The notes below the pieces were generated by a model. The model worked only from the letters and a program-made list of their open reading frames with translations. It was not told the DNA's origin and did not search any database. Position numbers and translations under genes: made by a program. From assembly GCA_910586225.1 (NCBI GenBank), contig CAJUIL010000014.1, forward strand, positions 22,966-86,965: a stretch of 64,000 bases of DNA, in the 5' to 3' direction. Shown here piece after piece: positions 9,512 to 20,245 of this stretch. This stretch comes from an uncultured Eubacterium sp. Its GTDB lineage: Bacteria; Bacillota; Clostridia; Lachnospirales; Lachnospiraceae. Each line of letters begins with the position of its first letter. The stretch's first letter is position 1.

Positions 9512-10356
9512 ATGCCATTCCCCCGTATTATCATAAACATTAACTCGTCAATCGTTCCCTTTTCCACAACTACCTGCGGATAGTTTTCCACATAAAACTG
9601 CTTCTGGTCTGTCAGACAGCTCACTCCAAATGCTTCTTTTTTGATGCGCAGAATATATTTTTTATCCATGTCTTGGTATTGTTCCTTCGTCATTTTCAAC
9701 AGTGCGTAATTTCCAAGCAGCACATCCGTATCTTCGTGCAGGACAATTTTACCATCGTCTATCATATAAAGATCATCGCAGAACCCTTCCAGATCGCTTG
9801 AAATATGAGAGCTGACCAAAACCGCGCGCTGCTCATGCTCCATATATTCCCGCAGCAGATCCAGCAGTTCATCTCTGGCCACCACGTCCAGCCCAGCCGT
9901 CGGCTCATCTAAAATAAGCAGTCTCGCTTCATGTGAAATCGCGGCAAGCACTTGCAGCTTTTGCTTCATCCCAGTGGAAAATTCCTTGATCCGCTGGTCG
10001 ATCGGCAAATCAAAGCGTCTGCATTTCTTTAAAAATCCTTCCCGGTCAAAGCGATGATACATCCTTGCAAGCACCGGAACAAAATCCGCGATCGTCAAAT
10101 ATCCATTAAAGCCGGAATCTGCAAGCACAACCCCAAGATCCTCTTTATCCAGATCTCCCAGCTCACAAACAGGCTTTCCAAATATCTCGATCCTGCCGCT
10201 GTCCGCAGACACTAGGCCCAAAATCATTTTAAAGGTCGTACTCTTTCCGGCTCCGTTTTTCCCGATCAGACCCGTTACGCATCCCTGCGGCACCTGCAGC
10301 GAACAATCCAGCGCAAAATCTTTATAGCGTTTTTTTACATGATCCAGTTTCAGCAT
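9508..10356 (-). CDS. ABC transporter ATP-binding protein
   Basis: Walker A GKNGAGKST, signature LSTGMKQKL, Walker B ILDEPTAGLD. Confidence 0.85.
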   Translation of the reverse strand: MLKLDHVKKRYKDFALDCSLQVPQGCVTGLIGKNGAGKSTTFKMILGLVSADSGRIEIFGKPVCELGDLDKEDLGVVLADSGFNGYLTIADFVPVLARMYHRFDREGFLKKCRRFDLPIDQRIKEFSTGMKQKLQVLAAISHEARLLILDEPTAGLDVVARDELLDLLREYMEHEQRAVLVSSHISSDLEGFCDDLYMIDDGKIVLHEDTDVLLGNYALLKMTKEQYQDMDKKYILRIKKEAFGVSCLTDQKQFYVENYPQVVVEKGTIDELMFMIIRGNGI

Positions 10357-10359
10357 CTT

Positions 10360-10731
10360 TCATTCCTCCAGTACAATTTGAAATAACTCTAAAAGCTCCT
10401 CCTGACTCATCCCACAGCTTTTTCCTTTACGAACTGCCATATCCATATCGGCTTCTACTTCCTTCTTTTTTTCCTCCAGCATCAAAGCCTGACTTGCCAG
10501 TGTGACAAAGCTGCCTTTCCCATGCACCGTCACGACAAACCCTTCCGCCTCCAACGCATCATATGCTTTCTTTACGGTCAGAGCGCTAACCTTTAGCTCC
10601 TTTGCCAAGGCCCGGACAGACGGGAGCATAACCTCTTCCTTTAATTCTCCGTTCATGATCTTAGCCTTGATCTGCGCCACAATTTGTTCATAGATCGGCT
10701 GCATCGAAGAATTATTGATGATGATATTCAT
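10360..10731 (-). CDS. GntR-family (YtrA-like) transcriptional regulator
   Basis: 123 aa with an N-terminal GntR wHTH (LPSVRALAKELKVSALTVKKAY). First gene of a GntR - ABC ATPase - permease operon. Confidence 0.8.
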   Translation of the reverse strand: MNIIINNSSMQPIYEQIVAQIKAKIMNGELKEEVMLPSVRALAKELKVSALTVKKAYDALEAEGFVVTVHGKGSFVTLASQALMLEEKKKEVEADMDMAVRKGKSCGMSQEELLELFQIVLEE

Positions 10732-10751
10732 GGATTCCCTCCTTCCAATAT

Positions 10752-10890
10752 AAACAGTATATAATAGTATTTAACTGTTGTCAACTGTTTTATACTGTTT
10801 ATTTTTGGAACTGCAGGTTGTGAGAGAAGTGCGGCTATGTTAAAATAGCCATAGTAGAAAAATAGTAATCGCAACAGTATCCGAACTGTT
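10752..10890. promoter_or_regulatory. Cluster of AACAGT/ACTGTT inverted and direct repeats (probable GntR/YtrA operators) in a divergent promoter region
   Basis: AACAGTATATAATAGTATTTAACTGTTGTCAACTGTTTTATACTGTT at 10753-10799, and a palindrome AACAGTATCCGAACTGTT at 10873-10890. They lie between the GntR gene and the divergent DUF4230 gene. Confidence 0.5.
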
Positions 10891-10925
10891 ACGAAAAATA
10901 AGATTACACACAGGAGGAAGCCTTT

Positions 10926-11588
10926 ATGCTAGAACCCGAACACCCTTCTAACGAGCCAGACCGTACCTTCAGGCTCATAGACATCATCCGACGAATAAAA
11001 TCACTGATTCTGCTCAGCATACTGCTCCTTGTCATTTTTATGATCTGGCGGCAGTTTTTCAGCGACAGCGCTGAGAAAAAAGAGCTTACCACAGTAGAAA
11101 CTTCGTCCCGGTTGGAAAAAGTGCTGCAGATCAGCGAATTATCTACCTACCAGGTTACCTTTAACGGTGTTGCCGATGTAACGGACGACAGCGGAGTCCT
11201 GCTTTACCATACCGCGTATAACGCGCAGGTCAGTATTGGACTGGCAATGGACCAGATCAAAGTAAGCATCGACGATACCGACCCGGAAAACAAGCTGATG
11301 CAGGTAACCCTGCCAGATGCAGAAATCGCCGACGTCAATGTTGACCCCGGCTCATTGGACTATATTTTTAAAGACCGCAATGCAGACACCGCCGACGTTT
11401 CCGTCACCTCGCTGCCTTCCTGTATTGCTGACGCAGAAGCGGACTGCCGTTCAAACGAAGAGCTGTTTACATTGGCAAGGGAAAACGCCGTCCGTACGGT
11501 AGAAGCCTTGATGCAGCCATTTTTAGCGCAGAACAAGGAATATACCTTAAAAATTGCAGGAAAAGGAGGTGCTCCTTATGTGTCATAA
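10926..11588 (+). CDS. DUF4230-family membrane-anchored protein
   Basis: 220 aa, N-terminal TM helix. RBS AGGAGGAAG. Confidence 0.5.
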   Translation: MLEPEHPSNEPDRTFRLIDIIRRIKSLILLSILLLVIFMIWRQFFSDSAEKKELTTVETSSRLEKVLQISELSTYQVTFNGVADVTDDSGVLLYHTAYNAQVSIGLAMDQIKVSIDDTDPENKLMQVTLPDAEIADVNVDPGSLDYIFKDRNADTADVSVTSLPSCIADAEADCRSNEELFTLARENAVRTVEALMQPFLAQNKEYTLKIAGKGGAPYVS

Positions 11589-12183
11589 ACGACGAGCCGC
11601 TTTGATTTTTTTGCTCCTGCTGTTCCTTTCCCTGACTGGCTGCGGCGCGCCAGACAGTTCGGAAAAACCAGACAATCCTGATGAATGCTTAAATATCAGC
11701 CAGCTGCAGTCCGTATGCGAATTGGCCACACTGGAATGCTATTACCACAATACAGCAAAATTAAGCTCTGAAAAAAAGATACTGTTTTGGAATACAAGCA
11801 AAAAGCTGTGGATCGAGTATTCCGGAATTGTAAAGGTCGGCATTGACATCAGCCAGCTTGACCTCAAGGTAGATGGCAGCCTTGTTACGATCGTATTGCC
11901 GGATGCGGAAATATTCAGCTGTAAGGTAGACGAAGCTTCTTTGTCTAAGGAAAATTTTTATTCTGAAGAAAAAGGATTCGGCGGCAGCAAAATAACCGCA
12001 CAAGACCAGAGCGAGGCATTTGCACAAGCTCAAAAAAATATGCTGGAAACAGTCCAAAATGACCAGACACTACTGCTTCAGGCAAAAGAACGGGCACGGA
12101 CCCTGATCCTTAACTATGTAAACAATATTGCAGACGCGATCGGCACAGACTATGAAATACAATGGGAAAACGTACCATCTTAA
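11578..12183 (+). CDS. DUF4230-like lipoprotein (tandem paralog)
   Basis: ATG at 11578 after AAAGGAGG. Lipobox LSLTGC. Similar length and predicted secondary-structure pattern to the preceding gene. Confidence 0.5.
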   Translation: MCHKRRAALIFLLLLFLSLTGCGAPDSSEKPDNPDECLNISQLQSVCELATLECYYHNTAKLSSEKKILFWNTSKKLWIEYSGIVKVGIDISQLDLKVDGSLVTIVLPDAEIFSCKVDEASLSKENFYSEEKGFGGSKITAQDQSEAFAQAQKNMLETVQNDQTLLLQAKERARTLILNYVNNIADAIGTDYEIQWENVPS

Positions 12184-12233
12184 AAAACGGCAGGCAAGGG
12201 TATCACTTGCCTGCCGTTTTGCTCCCTCATACT

Positions 12234-13775
12234 TTAACCCCGGAACTGACTGTATGCCGCGTCCTTTTTCAGCCCGCCCCGGTAAGCTGCCATTTCACTC
12301 ACCGTTACCAGCTGATAACCCGCGCTTTTTAAATATTTCATAATAGCATCCGCCGCCATCACCGTTGGCCGGTGAAGGTCGTGCATCAGCACAATAGCGC
12401 CGTCATAAGCTTTTTGCTGGACGCATTGGATCGTTGCGGAGGTACTTCTTGTTTTCCAGTCAAGCGTATCGATCGACCACATAATGACCGGCATTCCCGC
12501 CGCTCCAAATGTCGCAGAGCTATAGCTGCCATACGGCGGACGCAAGAGCCTGATATCGGCGCCGGACTGGTTTTTTACAGCCTGGTTTGTCCGGCTTAAT
12601 ACTGACTGTACCTGCGTACCGCTTAAGTTTTTCAGATTACTGTGGTCATACGTATGGTTGCCGATCTCACAGCCCAGCGACACTGCCCGCCGGATACTAT
12701 CCGCATAACGATCCACGCTGCTCCCTACAACGAAGAAGGTTGCGTGTCCGCCATATTTGGCAAGCGCATCCAATACGACCGGCGTATACGCGGACGGCCC
12801 GTCGTCATATGTCAGCGCAATCATTTTCTTATCCTTATCGATCGCCATCTGGCTCATAGGCTGGCTGTAACCGCTGCGTCCGCCAGAAGCATCTTTTGCA
12901 TATACCTTATAAGAATAGAATGTTCCGCCCTCTCGCCCGCCATCTGTATAAGAGGTTTTTGCACCTTTCACAGCGCCTATAGACTGATATTTTCCAGTCG
13001 CCGCGTTTTTCCGCAGGATTTCATAACCAGCGGCACCTTTTACCGGATTCCATGAAAGCCGCAGCGTCCTGGAACCGGACAGATTGGAAAGCTCTGTCAG
13101 CGTTACCTTCTCCAGCGATCGTCCCGCAACGATCTTACTATTCGCCCGGCTGGCGCGCCCTTTGGAAAATACGGCCAGCTGGTAATAATACACCTTGCCC
13201 AGAACGCGGCCTTTATCCTGATAGACCCCGCCTGCTTTTTTCGATGAATAGATCTGATGAAAGCCGCTGTCTTTTTTCGTACTGCATAACAGCACATATT
13301 CAGCCGCCCCAGCCACCTTTTTCCAGCTCAGCTTGATCGTACCGTTCGGCTTTGATGCTGCTTTTAACACTGGTTTTTTCAGCTTGACAGCAGCAGGCTT
13401 GTCTGGTTTTTCCGGCTGCTCTGGTTCTTCTGTTTCGTCTGGCTCCTGCGGCTGCTCTGGCTCCTGCGCGTTATCTGGTTCACCGGATGGATTCGGTTCG
13501 TCCGATTCACCAGCCTGGTCTGGCTCTTGCGTCTGAACTGGTTCTTCCTCCTGACCTGGCTCTTCCGCTTGATTTGGCTCGTCGGATTCCTCCTGCTGTT
13601 CCAGCTCTTGTAAACGCCGCTCTGCCTCCGCCTCCTGCACATATCCCGCCAGAGATATTTCGTTCACAGATAAGCTTTTTCCAACCGCCAGCGCCGTATT
13701 CCCCGCGATCAGCGAATTGGAAATAACAGCCGCCGCCATCAAACAGACCATTTTCTTTCGTAATTTTTTCTTCAT
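12234..13775 (-). CDS. Secreted polysaccharide deacetylase (NodB domain) with Pro/Glu-rich linker and FN3-like repeats
   Basis: Signal peptide. The C-terminal NodB catalytic motifs are TYDDGP and HTYDH. RBS GGGAGGA. Low-complexity PEEP/QEPE linker. Confidence 0.75.
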   Translation of the reverse strand: MKKKLRKKMVCLMAAAVISNSLIAGNTALAVGKSLSVNEISLAGYVQEAEAERRLQELEQQEESDEPNQAEEPGQEEEPVQTQEPDQAGESDEPNPSGEPDNAQEPEQPQEPDETEEPEQPEKPDKPAAVKLKKPVLKAASKPNGTIKLSWKKVAGAAEYVLLCSTKKDSGFHQIYSSKKAGGVYQDKGRVLGKVYYYQLAVFSKGRASRANSKIVAGRSLEKVTLTELSNLSGSRTLRLSWNPVKGAAGYEILRKNAATGKYQSIGAVKGAKTSYTDGGREGGTFYSYKVYAKDASGGRSGYSQPMSQMAIDKDKKMIALTYDDGPSAYTPVVLDALAKYGGHATFFVVGSSVDRYADSIRRAVSLGCEIGNHTYDHSNLKNLSGTQVQSVLSRTNQAVKNQSGADIRLLRPPYGSYSSATFGAAGMPVIMWSIDTLDWKTRSTSATIQCVQQKAYDGAIVLMHDLHRPTVMAADAIMKYLKSAGYQLVTVSEMAAYRGGLKKDAAYSQFRG

Positions 13776-13806
13776 CTGCAGCAAATCCTCCCTTCGTTCC
13801 TCTCCT

Positions 13807-16073
13807 TTATTTTTCGCACACCATAGCTACAATTATTCGCTGTGCAGCTATATTGTAATAAATATCCTCATATTCAAATCCATTTTTACTGGTACGCATA
13901 CCTAAAAACAAACCCGCGTCCATACCCTGCTGGGACACCACTTTTTTTCGGATACCGTCCCTGACTACTTCCTGCACATATCCCATCGCCTGCATCCTGC
14001 GAGAAATCTCAGCGCCAGATATTTTTTTTACTCGATCCGCGTCACGCAGCTCATTCAGCTTTTCCGCCAGCTCGGCCGCCAGATATTTCTCTGCATACGG
14101 AAACGCCTCCGCCTGTTTTTGCAAAAGATAGAAATCCTCTTTTTTTCCTCTGGACGCAGCGCCCGCTCCGCCAGACTCCGGCTGTATGGCGAGCTCTCCG
14201 GCATCGCCAAAATAGTATTTTTCACGTCTGCCTCCGGCAAAATCAAAAATCGCTTTCAGAAACCGCTCTCCGTACCGTTCAAGCTTATTCTCGCCCACAC
14301 CTGTAACGAGCAGCATCTCCTGCTTTTGCATCGGCGCCTTGACGCACATATCTACGAGTGTCTTATCCGAAAAGATAATATAAGGAGGCATATTTTCTTC
14401 TCTCGCGATCTCTGTACGCAGAGCGCGCAGCCGTTCAAACAGCTCCAGACCTTTCGAATTGAGGATATCCGACCTGCGCACCTTGCCGTTGGAGGACGGG
14501 CGGCTGGCGTTCGCCTTTTGCTCGTCCTGTTTTGCCCTTCTCCATATCATCCTTCGTTCTCCCCGCAGCAGCTCGTCCGCGGAGCGGGGCACTTTTAAGA
14601 TCGCGTACTTATCCTTTGAGGTCACAAGCAGCCCCTCGATCACCATCTGGCTGATGATCGCCTTGATCTCGATTTCCTGCAGCTGCTTTAGGCTGCCATA
14701 GGCGTCAAGATCAAATACCCCGTATTCCCGCAGCTTGGCACGCGTTGCTCCTGCCAGGATCCCAGCAATGACATTGATCCCATAGCGCTGTCTGCACTCT
14801 AAAATACACGCAATGATCTTTGCCGCTTCCTCCGTCACATCTGTTTGTTCATATTCCTTTGCACAGTTTAGACAGTTTTCGCACCTCCCATGCCCCATTT
14901 CGCCAAAATACCGCAAAATATATTCCCGCAGGCAGCCTGTTGTCATGCAATAATACGTCATCGTACGCAGCCGCTCCTCATCCCGCTCCCGCAAAAGCTC
15001 CAGCTCCTCCCACGTATGCTCCGGATTCTGCTCTTTATTTTCGATCAAGTAACGATTCACCGCCACATCCTGTGCGCTGTAAAGCAGCACACACTCCGCG
15101 CGTTCACCATCGCGCCCGGCCCTTCCTGCCTCCTGATAATAGTTTTCCATACTCTGCGGCATATTATAATGGATCACATAACGCACATTGGACTTATCGA
15201 TCCCCATACCAAACGCATTCGTCGCTACCATAACCGGGCTGCTGTCATAAATAAATGCCTCCTGGTTCCTCCTCCGCGCTTCAGTCCCTAGTCCCGCATG
15301 ATATTTCGTTGCTGCGATCCCCTGTGTGCACAGCAGTTCGCAGACCAGATCCACATTTTTACGCGTTGCACAGTAAATAATACCGCTCTCCGTCGAATGC
15401 TCCCGCACATATTCCATTACATAGCTGTCCTTTTTCCGCGGCGTTTCCACCGCAAAGTACAGATTTTTCCGGTCAAATCCAGTGACCAGCATCTGCGGCT
15501 GCTCCAGTCCCAGCACACAGGCAATATCCTCTTTGACTCTTTCCGTCGCAGTCGCCGTAAACGCGCTTAAGATCGGCCTTTTTTCCAAATGTCGGATAAA
15601 CTGTACGATCTTTACATAACTCGGCCGAAAATCCTGCCCCCACTGGGAAATGCAATGAGCCTCGTCCACCGTAAGCATAGAAATCTCCGACTGCTGCGCA
15701 AACTGCAGAAATTCATACGTCTCCAGCCGTTCCGGAGCAACGTAAATGATCTTATATTGTCCCGCGGCTGCCAGCCGCAATGCTTTGGAAATCTGCGATT
15801 CGCTCAACGAACTGTTAATATAGGCAGCATGAATGCCAGCCTGATTGAGTGCCTGCACCTGATCCTTCATTAGGGAGATCAGCGGGGATATAACGAGTGT
15901 AATTCCGGGCAGCAGCAGCGCCGGCACCTGATAGCAGATGGATTTACCTGCTCCGGTCGGCATAATGCCAAGCACATCCTGCCCGCTTAAAATGCTGTCA
16001 ATTAAAATCTCCTGGCCTTCCCGGAAATCCGGATAGCCAAAATATTTTTTCAGTATACCGTATTTATCCATAA
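13807..16073 (-). CDS. recQ: ATP-dependent DNA helicase RecQ (with C-terminal extension)
   Basis: FGYPDFREGQ, PTGAGKS, DEAH, RQC zinc cysteines and an HRDC-like region. RBS CAGGAGG before MDKYGI. Confidence 0.9.
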
Positions 16074-16180
16074 ACCTCCTGTCAATGCTTTGTCTATTGT
16101 TCACGTGTTAAAGAAGCTGCTCCGAATTTTCATAATTATGATTATACCATGACAGGCGTTATTTTACCAGAAAATAATTT

Positions 16181-16221
16181 AAAAAACAGCCGGAAATACT
16201 GTGATCTTCAAGTATTCCGAC
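16181..16221 (-). terminator. Rho-independent terminator downstream of tRNA-Leu
   Basis: Minus-strand hairpin GGAATACTtgaagatcacAGTATTTCC followed by GGCTGTTTTTT. Confidence 0.6.
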
Positions 16222-16253
16222 TACCTTTACTTATCCCATACACTGATTTGAAA

Positions 16254-16333
16254 TGCCGCTGATGGGACTTGAACCCATATGGTTTCCCGTACGATTTTGA
16301 GTCGTATGCGTCTGCCAATTCCGCCACAGCGGC
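16254..16333 (-). tRNA. tRNA-Leu (anticodon CAA)
   Basis: Reverse complement GCCGCTGTGGCGGAATTGGCAGACGCATACGACTCAAAATCGTACGGGAAACCATATGGGTTCAAGTCCCATCAGCGGCA. It has a 7-bp acceptor stem, anticodon stem TACGA/TCGTA, loop CTCAAAA with anticodon CAA, an extra arm, and a T-loop GGTTCAAGTCC. No encoded CCA. Confidence 0.75.
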
Positions 16334-16437
16334 CTTTTGTTGCCTACGAAAATTATATTAACACAAGATATCGAAATATGCAACAGTTTTTTTCAAATTT
16401 TTAAAAATAAAAAATACCAGGTGTTCCCCAGATCTCC

Positions 16438-16926
16438 TTATCCATCCGTACGTATTGCCACATCCGCAATCCGGATCGGAACCGCCTTTTCCAGCTGACG
16501 CAGCTCCAGCTCTACCTGACAGCCAACCTTACCCCCGCTGACCATAATGGTCTGGTGCTGTTCGGCGCTTCTATCAATCACAGTTGGAAACTGTTTCTTC
16601 ATCCCGACCGGAGAGCAGCCTCCATGCACATACCCGGTCAGAGGCAGCAGCTCTTTCTCCCGTATCATTTCAATCTTTTTTTCTCCGACCGCCTCTGCCG
16701 CCTTCTTTAGATCCAATTCACATACGACCGGAACTACAAATACATAGTGCTGCCCGGATTTTCCGACCGTAACCAGCGTTTTAAACACCTGTGCCGGATC
16801 CTGCCCCAGTACGGCTGCTACATCCAGCCCGGCAACCGCCCCGGATCCCATATAAAAATGGCTCTCATAAGCTATTTTATGCTGATCCAGCAGACGCATT
16901 ACATTTGTTTTCTCTTTTTTCTTCAT
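16438..16926 (-). CDS. ybaK: Cys-tRNA(Pro)/Cys-tRNA(Cys) deacylase YbaK
   Basis: YbaK/ProX editing-domain sequence (KTLVTVGKSGQHYVFVVP...GGCSPVG). RBS GGAGGTTTCAAAATG. Confidence 0.75.
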   Translation of the reverse strand: MKKKEKTNVMRLLDQHKIAYESHFYMGSGAVAGLDVAAVLGQDPAQVFKTLVTVGKSGQHYVFVVPVVCELDLKKAAEAVGEKKIEMIREKELLPLTGYVHGGCSPVGMKKQFPTVIDRSAEQHQTIMVSGGKVGCQVELELRQLEKAVPIRIADVAIRTDG

Positions 16927-16975
16927 TTTGAAACCTCCGACTTCATGATAAACGCAGACATTCAGCAAATGAAGA

Positions 16976-17611
16976 TCAGATATCCAAAAACAGATGAAAA
17001 TTCGGATAATATTTTATAACCGCACGCCCGATCAGCATATCTTTGTGGACATACGTATATTGCTGCGCTTCCTCCTGATCAGCTGCTACTCCATCGTCGA
17101 TCGCACACTGTGCCCAGTACCTTGAATCCTCTGAAATATTCCGGTTATCCCCCAGCATCAGATAGCTGTCCTGCGGTACTTCAAAAAAATAGCCGTCGTT
17201 GCCAACCACCCATTCCTCCGGCAGATAATCCTCTTCCAGCGGCTCGCTCGCACCGTCAATATAGATCAACCCGTCCTTAATCTCCACCGTTTCCCCCGGA
17301 AGCCCGATGACACGCTTGATATAGATCGTTTCTCCGTCCACCGGATATCGAAACATCACCACATCATACCGCTCTGGATCTTCCAGCAAATAGGAAAGCT
17401 TGCAGCCAAATATACGATCGCCTTTTTTCAGCAGATTTTCCATCGACTCGGACGGTATTTTTGCGTTGATCACCACATATCGGTTCACGACGACTGCTAA
17501 TAAACAGGCGAAAAAAATGATTCCGACATAGCTTAGCAGTTCACGCCACCAGGGGCGCTTCTCCTCCTGCAGCTGTTCTTCCTCTTCCTGATGTTTCGTT
17601 TTCTTTGTCAT
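16976..17611 (-). CDS. Signal peptidase I
   Basis: S26 motifs: SESM (Ser box), GDRIF, YIKRVIGLPGE, LGDNRNISEDSRYW. Confidence 0.85.
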   Translation of the reverse strand: MTKKTKHQEEEEQLQEEKRPWWRELLSYVGIIFFACLLAVVVNRYVVINAKIPSESMENLLKKGDRIFGCKLSYLLEDPERYDVVMFRYPVDGETIYIKRVIGLPGETVEIKDGLIYIDGASEPLEEDYLPEEWVVGNDGYFFEVPQDSYLMLGDNRNISEDSRYWAQCAIDDGVAADQEEAQQYTYVHKDMLIGRAVIKYYPNFHLFLDI

Positions 17612-17640
17612 ATGCTCCTGTGCCTCCTGTTCCGTTGCTC

Positions 17641-18294
17641 TTAATAAGACAGCAGCGATTCAAAATGTGGATAATACTTCACGATCGCCCTTCCAAGGAT
17701 TTGCTCTTCATCCACATACGTATACTGCTCTGCCTCCTGTTTGTCTGACGCGACGCCACTTTCCAGCGCCCGGTCCGCCCAGAATCTTGCGTCCTCCGAA
17801 ATATTCCGGTTATCCCCCAGCACCAAATACTGGTCCTGCGGCACTTCAAAAAAATAACCGTCATTATCTTCCACCCATTGTTCCGGCAGATACGGCTCCT
17901 CCAGCGGCGTATCCGCGTCATCAATATAGATCTTCCCGCCGCGTATTTCCACCGTCTCTCCCGGAAGCCCGATCACACGCTTAATATAGTTTTGTGTCTC
18001 ATCCACAGGATAACGAAAAATTACAACATCATAACGCTCCGGTTCGGCAAACGTATACGCCAACCGGAATCCAAACAGCCGGTCGCCCGGTTCGATCATA
18101 TTTTCCATCGATTCTGACGGCACCTCCGCGTTGATCAGTACAAAGCGCGTCATAAACTGCGCCAGCAAAAACGCGATCACAAATATTTCAATAAAACTTA
18201 GCAGCTCACGCCATAAAGACCGCTTCTTATTTTCCTCTTCCGGCTCTTGTACGTCCTCCTGCCGCTGTACGTCCATATATTCCTTATCTTCCAT
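17641..18294 (-). CDS. Signal peptidase I (tandem paralog)
   Basis: Same S26 motifs as the neighbouring gene, about 60% identical to it. Confidence 0.85.
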   Translation of the reverse strand: MEDKEYMDVQRQEDVQEPEEENKKRSLWRELLSFIEIFVIAFLLAQFMTRFVLINAEVPSESMENMIEPGDRLFGFRLAYTFAEPERYDVVIFRYPVDETQNYIKRVIGLPGETVEIRGGKIYIDDADTPLEEPYLPEQWVEDNDGYFFEVPQDQYLVLGDNRNISEDARFWADRALESGVASDKQEAEQYTYVDEEQILGRAIVKYYPHFESLLSY

Positions 18295-18470
18295 TGCAAC
18301 CCGTTACTGAAAACTTATAAAAAGCTATAAACTTTTATGTTCCATTCCTACTTCATTGTATATGCTTTTGATTTGTATTTCTACAATATCTACTTACAAA
18401 TTCTTGTACACTCCATAGGCGTAAATTCCTGACTAACGAATCAGTACATATCTGTATGAACTTGAAAATG

Positions 18471-19649
18471 TTATGCCACAGATTTATGTTTGAAAATATT
18501 TTCTCCAAATTTTTTCAAATTTAAAGCTGCCTGATAATCTCTGTCAATTACATTCCCACATTCACACACGTAAATACGGTCTGACAATTTCAAATCTTTT
18601 TTGATTTTTCCACAACAACTACATAATTTAGAACTCGGAAAAAACCTGTCTGCAATAATTACTTGAATATTATTCCATTCGGATTTGTATTCAATCTGTC
18701 TTCTAAATTCATAGAAACCTTGCTGCTGGACTGCTTTGGATATATGCTTGTTTTTCATCATCCCACTGACATTCAGATCTTCGATACAAATAAAACTTGG
18801 TTCTCGTTTTACAATAGAAGATGTTGTCTGATGTAAGTAATTTTGACGAATGTTCGTTAGTCTATGATTTAACTTTAATAAATGCTTTTCCTTTTTTATA
18901 ATGTTGCTCGTTTTACAATAACATTCTCCTTTCTTATTTTTCTCATATCTTCTTGATATGGAACGCTGCAACCTACGTTTCCTTTTCTCTAACTTCTTGA
19001 TCTTTTGCGTTTTATTTATATTCCGATATTTCTCTCCATCCGAACATACTGCAAGATCTTTCAATCCTAAGTCTATCCCAATACCTTCCTTTGATGAAAA
19101 AACAGCAAAATATTCAGATTCAACCCCAATAGTAAGATACCAGTTTAAACCATCGTGCCTAATACGAGGATTTGCATATTTACAACCTGTAGGAATTCGA
19201 TTGTGTTCTGCGAGTCTAATCCAATTCAATTTTTGCTTCCCCTTCTTCCTGGAAGCTGCAAATCCCTCAACCTTTACATGAGTATCCGTAAATTGTATTT
19301 TTACGTTGTCTTGATAGAATGACGGTACAGAGAATTTACGACTTTTAAATTTAGGGAATCTCGAATATCCTTTAAAAAATCTTCTATATGCTTCACAAGC
19401 ATCTTTGATTGCCTGTTTTGTTACATTGTTCGAAACCTTATTCAACCATGCATATTCTTCTGTCTTCTTTAACTGTGTAAACTCTTTTCGCAGCTCACCA
19501 TCCGAAAGAAATTTCCCACCGTTTTCATAATTCTCTTTTTCTCTGCCTAACGCCCAATTATAAGCAAATCGGGCAGTATTTGCGTACTGAAATAATTTTG
19601 TCTTTTGTTTATTATTTGGCATCAGCATTACCCGAATTGTTTTTATCAT
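18471..19649 (-). CDS. tnpB: TnpB (IS605 OrfB-family RNA-guided endonuclease)
   Basis: MIKTIRVMLMPNNKQ N terminus, a RuvC-like core and a C-terminal zinc finger CSCCG...CECG. Confidence 0.85.
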   Translation of the reverse strand: MIKTIRVMLMPNNKQKTKLFQYANTARFAYNWALGREKENYENGGKFLSDGELRKEFTQLKKTEEYAWLNKVSNNVTKQAIKDACEAYRRFFKGYSRFPKFKSRKFSVPSFYQDNVKIQFTDTHVKVEGFAASRKKGKQKLNWIRLAEHNRIPTGCKYANPRIRHDGLNWYLTIGVESEYFAVFSSKEGIGIDLGLKDLAVCSDGEKYRNINKTQKIKKLEKRKRRLQRSISRRYEKNKKGECYCKTSNIIKKEKHLLKLNHRLTNIRQNYLHQTTSSIVKREPSFICIEDLNVSGMMKNKHISKAVQQQGFYEFRRQIEYKSEWNNIQVIIADRFFPSSKLCSCCGKIKKDLKLSDRIYVCECGNVIDRDYQAALNLKKFGENIFKHKSVA

Positions 19650-19699
19650 CTCTTTCACCACCGTCTTCTATAAGTTCTTTTACAAGCTTTTTCGCCTTA

Positions 19700-20115
19700 T
19701 TTGCACGTTTACCTTGCAATTTACAACTAAATACAGTTACACCACTTTCAACTTTATAAATGATACCCCTGCTGGCGGATCTGTTCTCTCAGTGCAAACC
19801 GAAACTCCTGCACGCTTTCTGTCTGATATTTGTAAAATGCCTTATCCTGATACGGTAATATTTTCATGGCGCAGTATGCGATATTGATCAGGTTTACCAG
19901 CATTTCAATCCCTTTGCTGCTGCCCGTCCCCTTTTTACGGTCTGCTGTGGCGGCAGATCATAAATCACGGAATCAGACCATGCATTCCCTATAAGGTCAA
20001 GGTTTTCATATTTATGATGCGGATGAAGTTTGCCATTTTCATCCCAATTCCTCAATGTTTGTGCTGACACTCCTAATATTTTTGAAAATTCATTGATAGA
20101 ATAATATTTACCCAT
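19700..20115 (-). pseudogene. tnpA: IS607-type serine-recombinase transposase tnpA remnant (HTH retained, catalytic domain lost, frameshifted)
   Basis: The 73-aa ORF 19894..20115 has the MerR-like HTH typical of IS607 TnpA. Downstream there is only a short out-of-frame C-terminal-like segment (EMLVNLINIAYCAMKIL...). Confidence 0.5.
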
Positions 20116-20245
20116 AAGTGAAATCTCTTCTTAATGTCTATACTTTATTCTATCAATAAAACTTATAAAAGCAAACACTTATTCTGAGTTTTTATACTTT
20201 TACTTTATCTGTCCTATATACCTCTTTTTTCTGATTTTTATTCGG

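Larger units (their letters stand above)
18300..20240 (-). mobile_element. IS607-family (IS200/IS605 superfamily) insertion element with degraded tnpA and intact tnpB
   Basis: AT-rich block. A MerR-like HTH tnpA N terminus (MGKYYSINEFSKILGVSAQTLRNWDENGKLHPHH) is followed in another frame by a C-terminal remnant. An intact TnpB gene lies downstream. Boundaries are approximate. Confidence 0.6.

Noticed and set aside
16254-20240. tRNA-Leu as the attachment site of an integrated island containing the IS and the TA pair
   Set aside because: The tRNA 3' end faces the recQ side, away from the degraded region. YbaK and two signal-peptidase genes intervene. No integrase or direct repeat of the tRNA 3' end was found.
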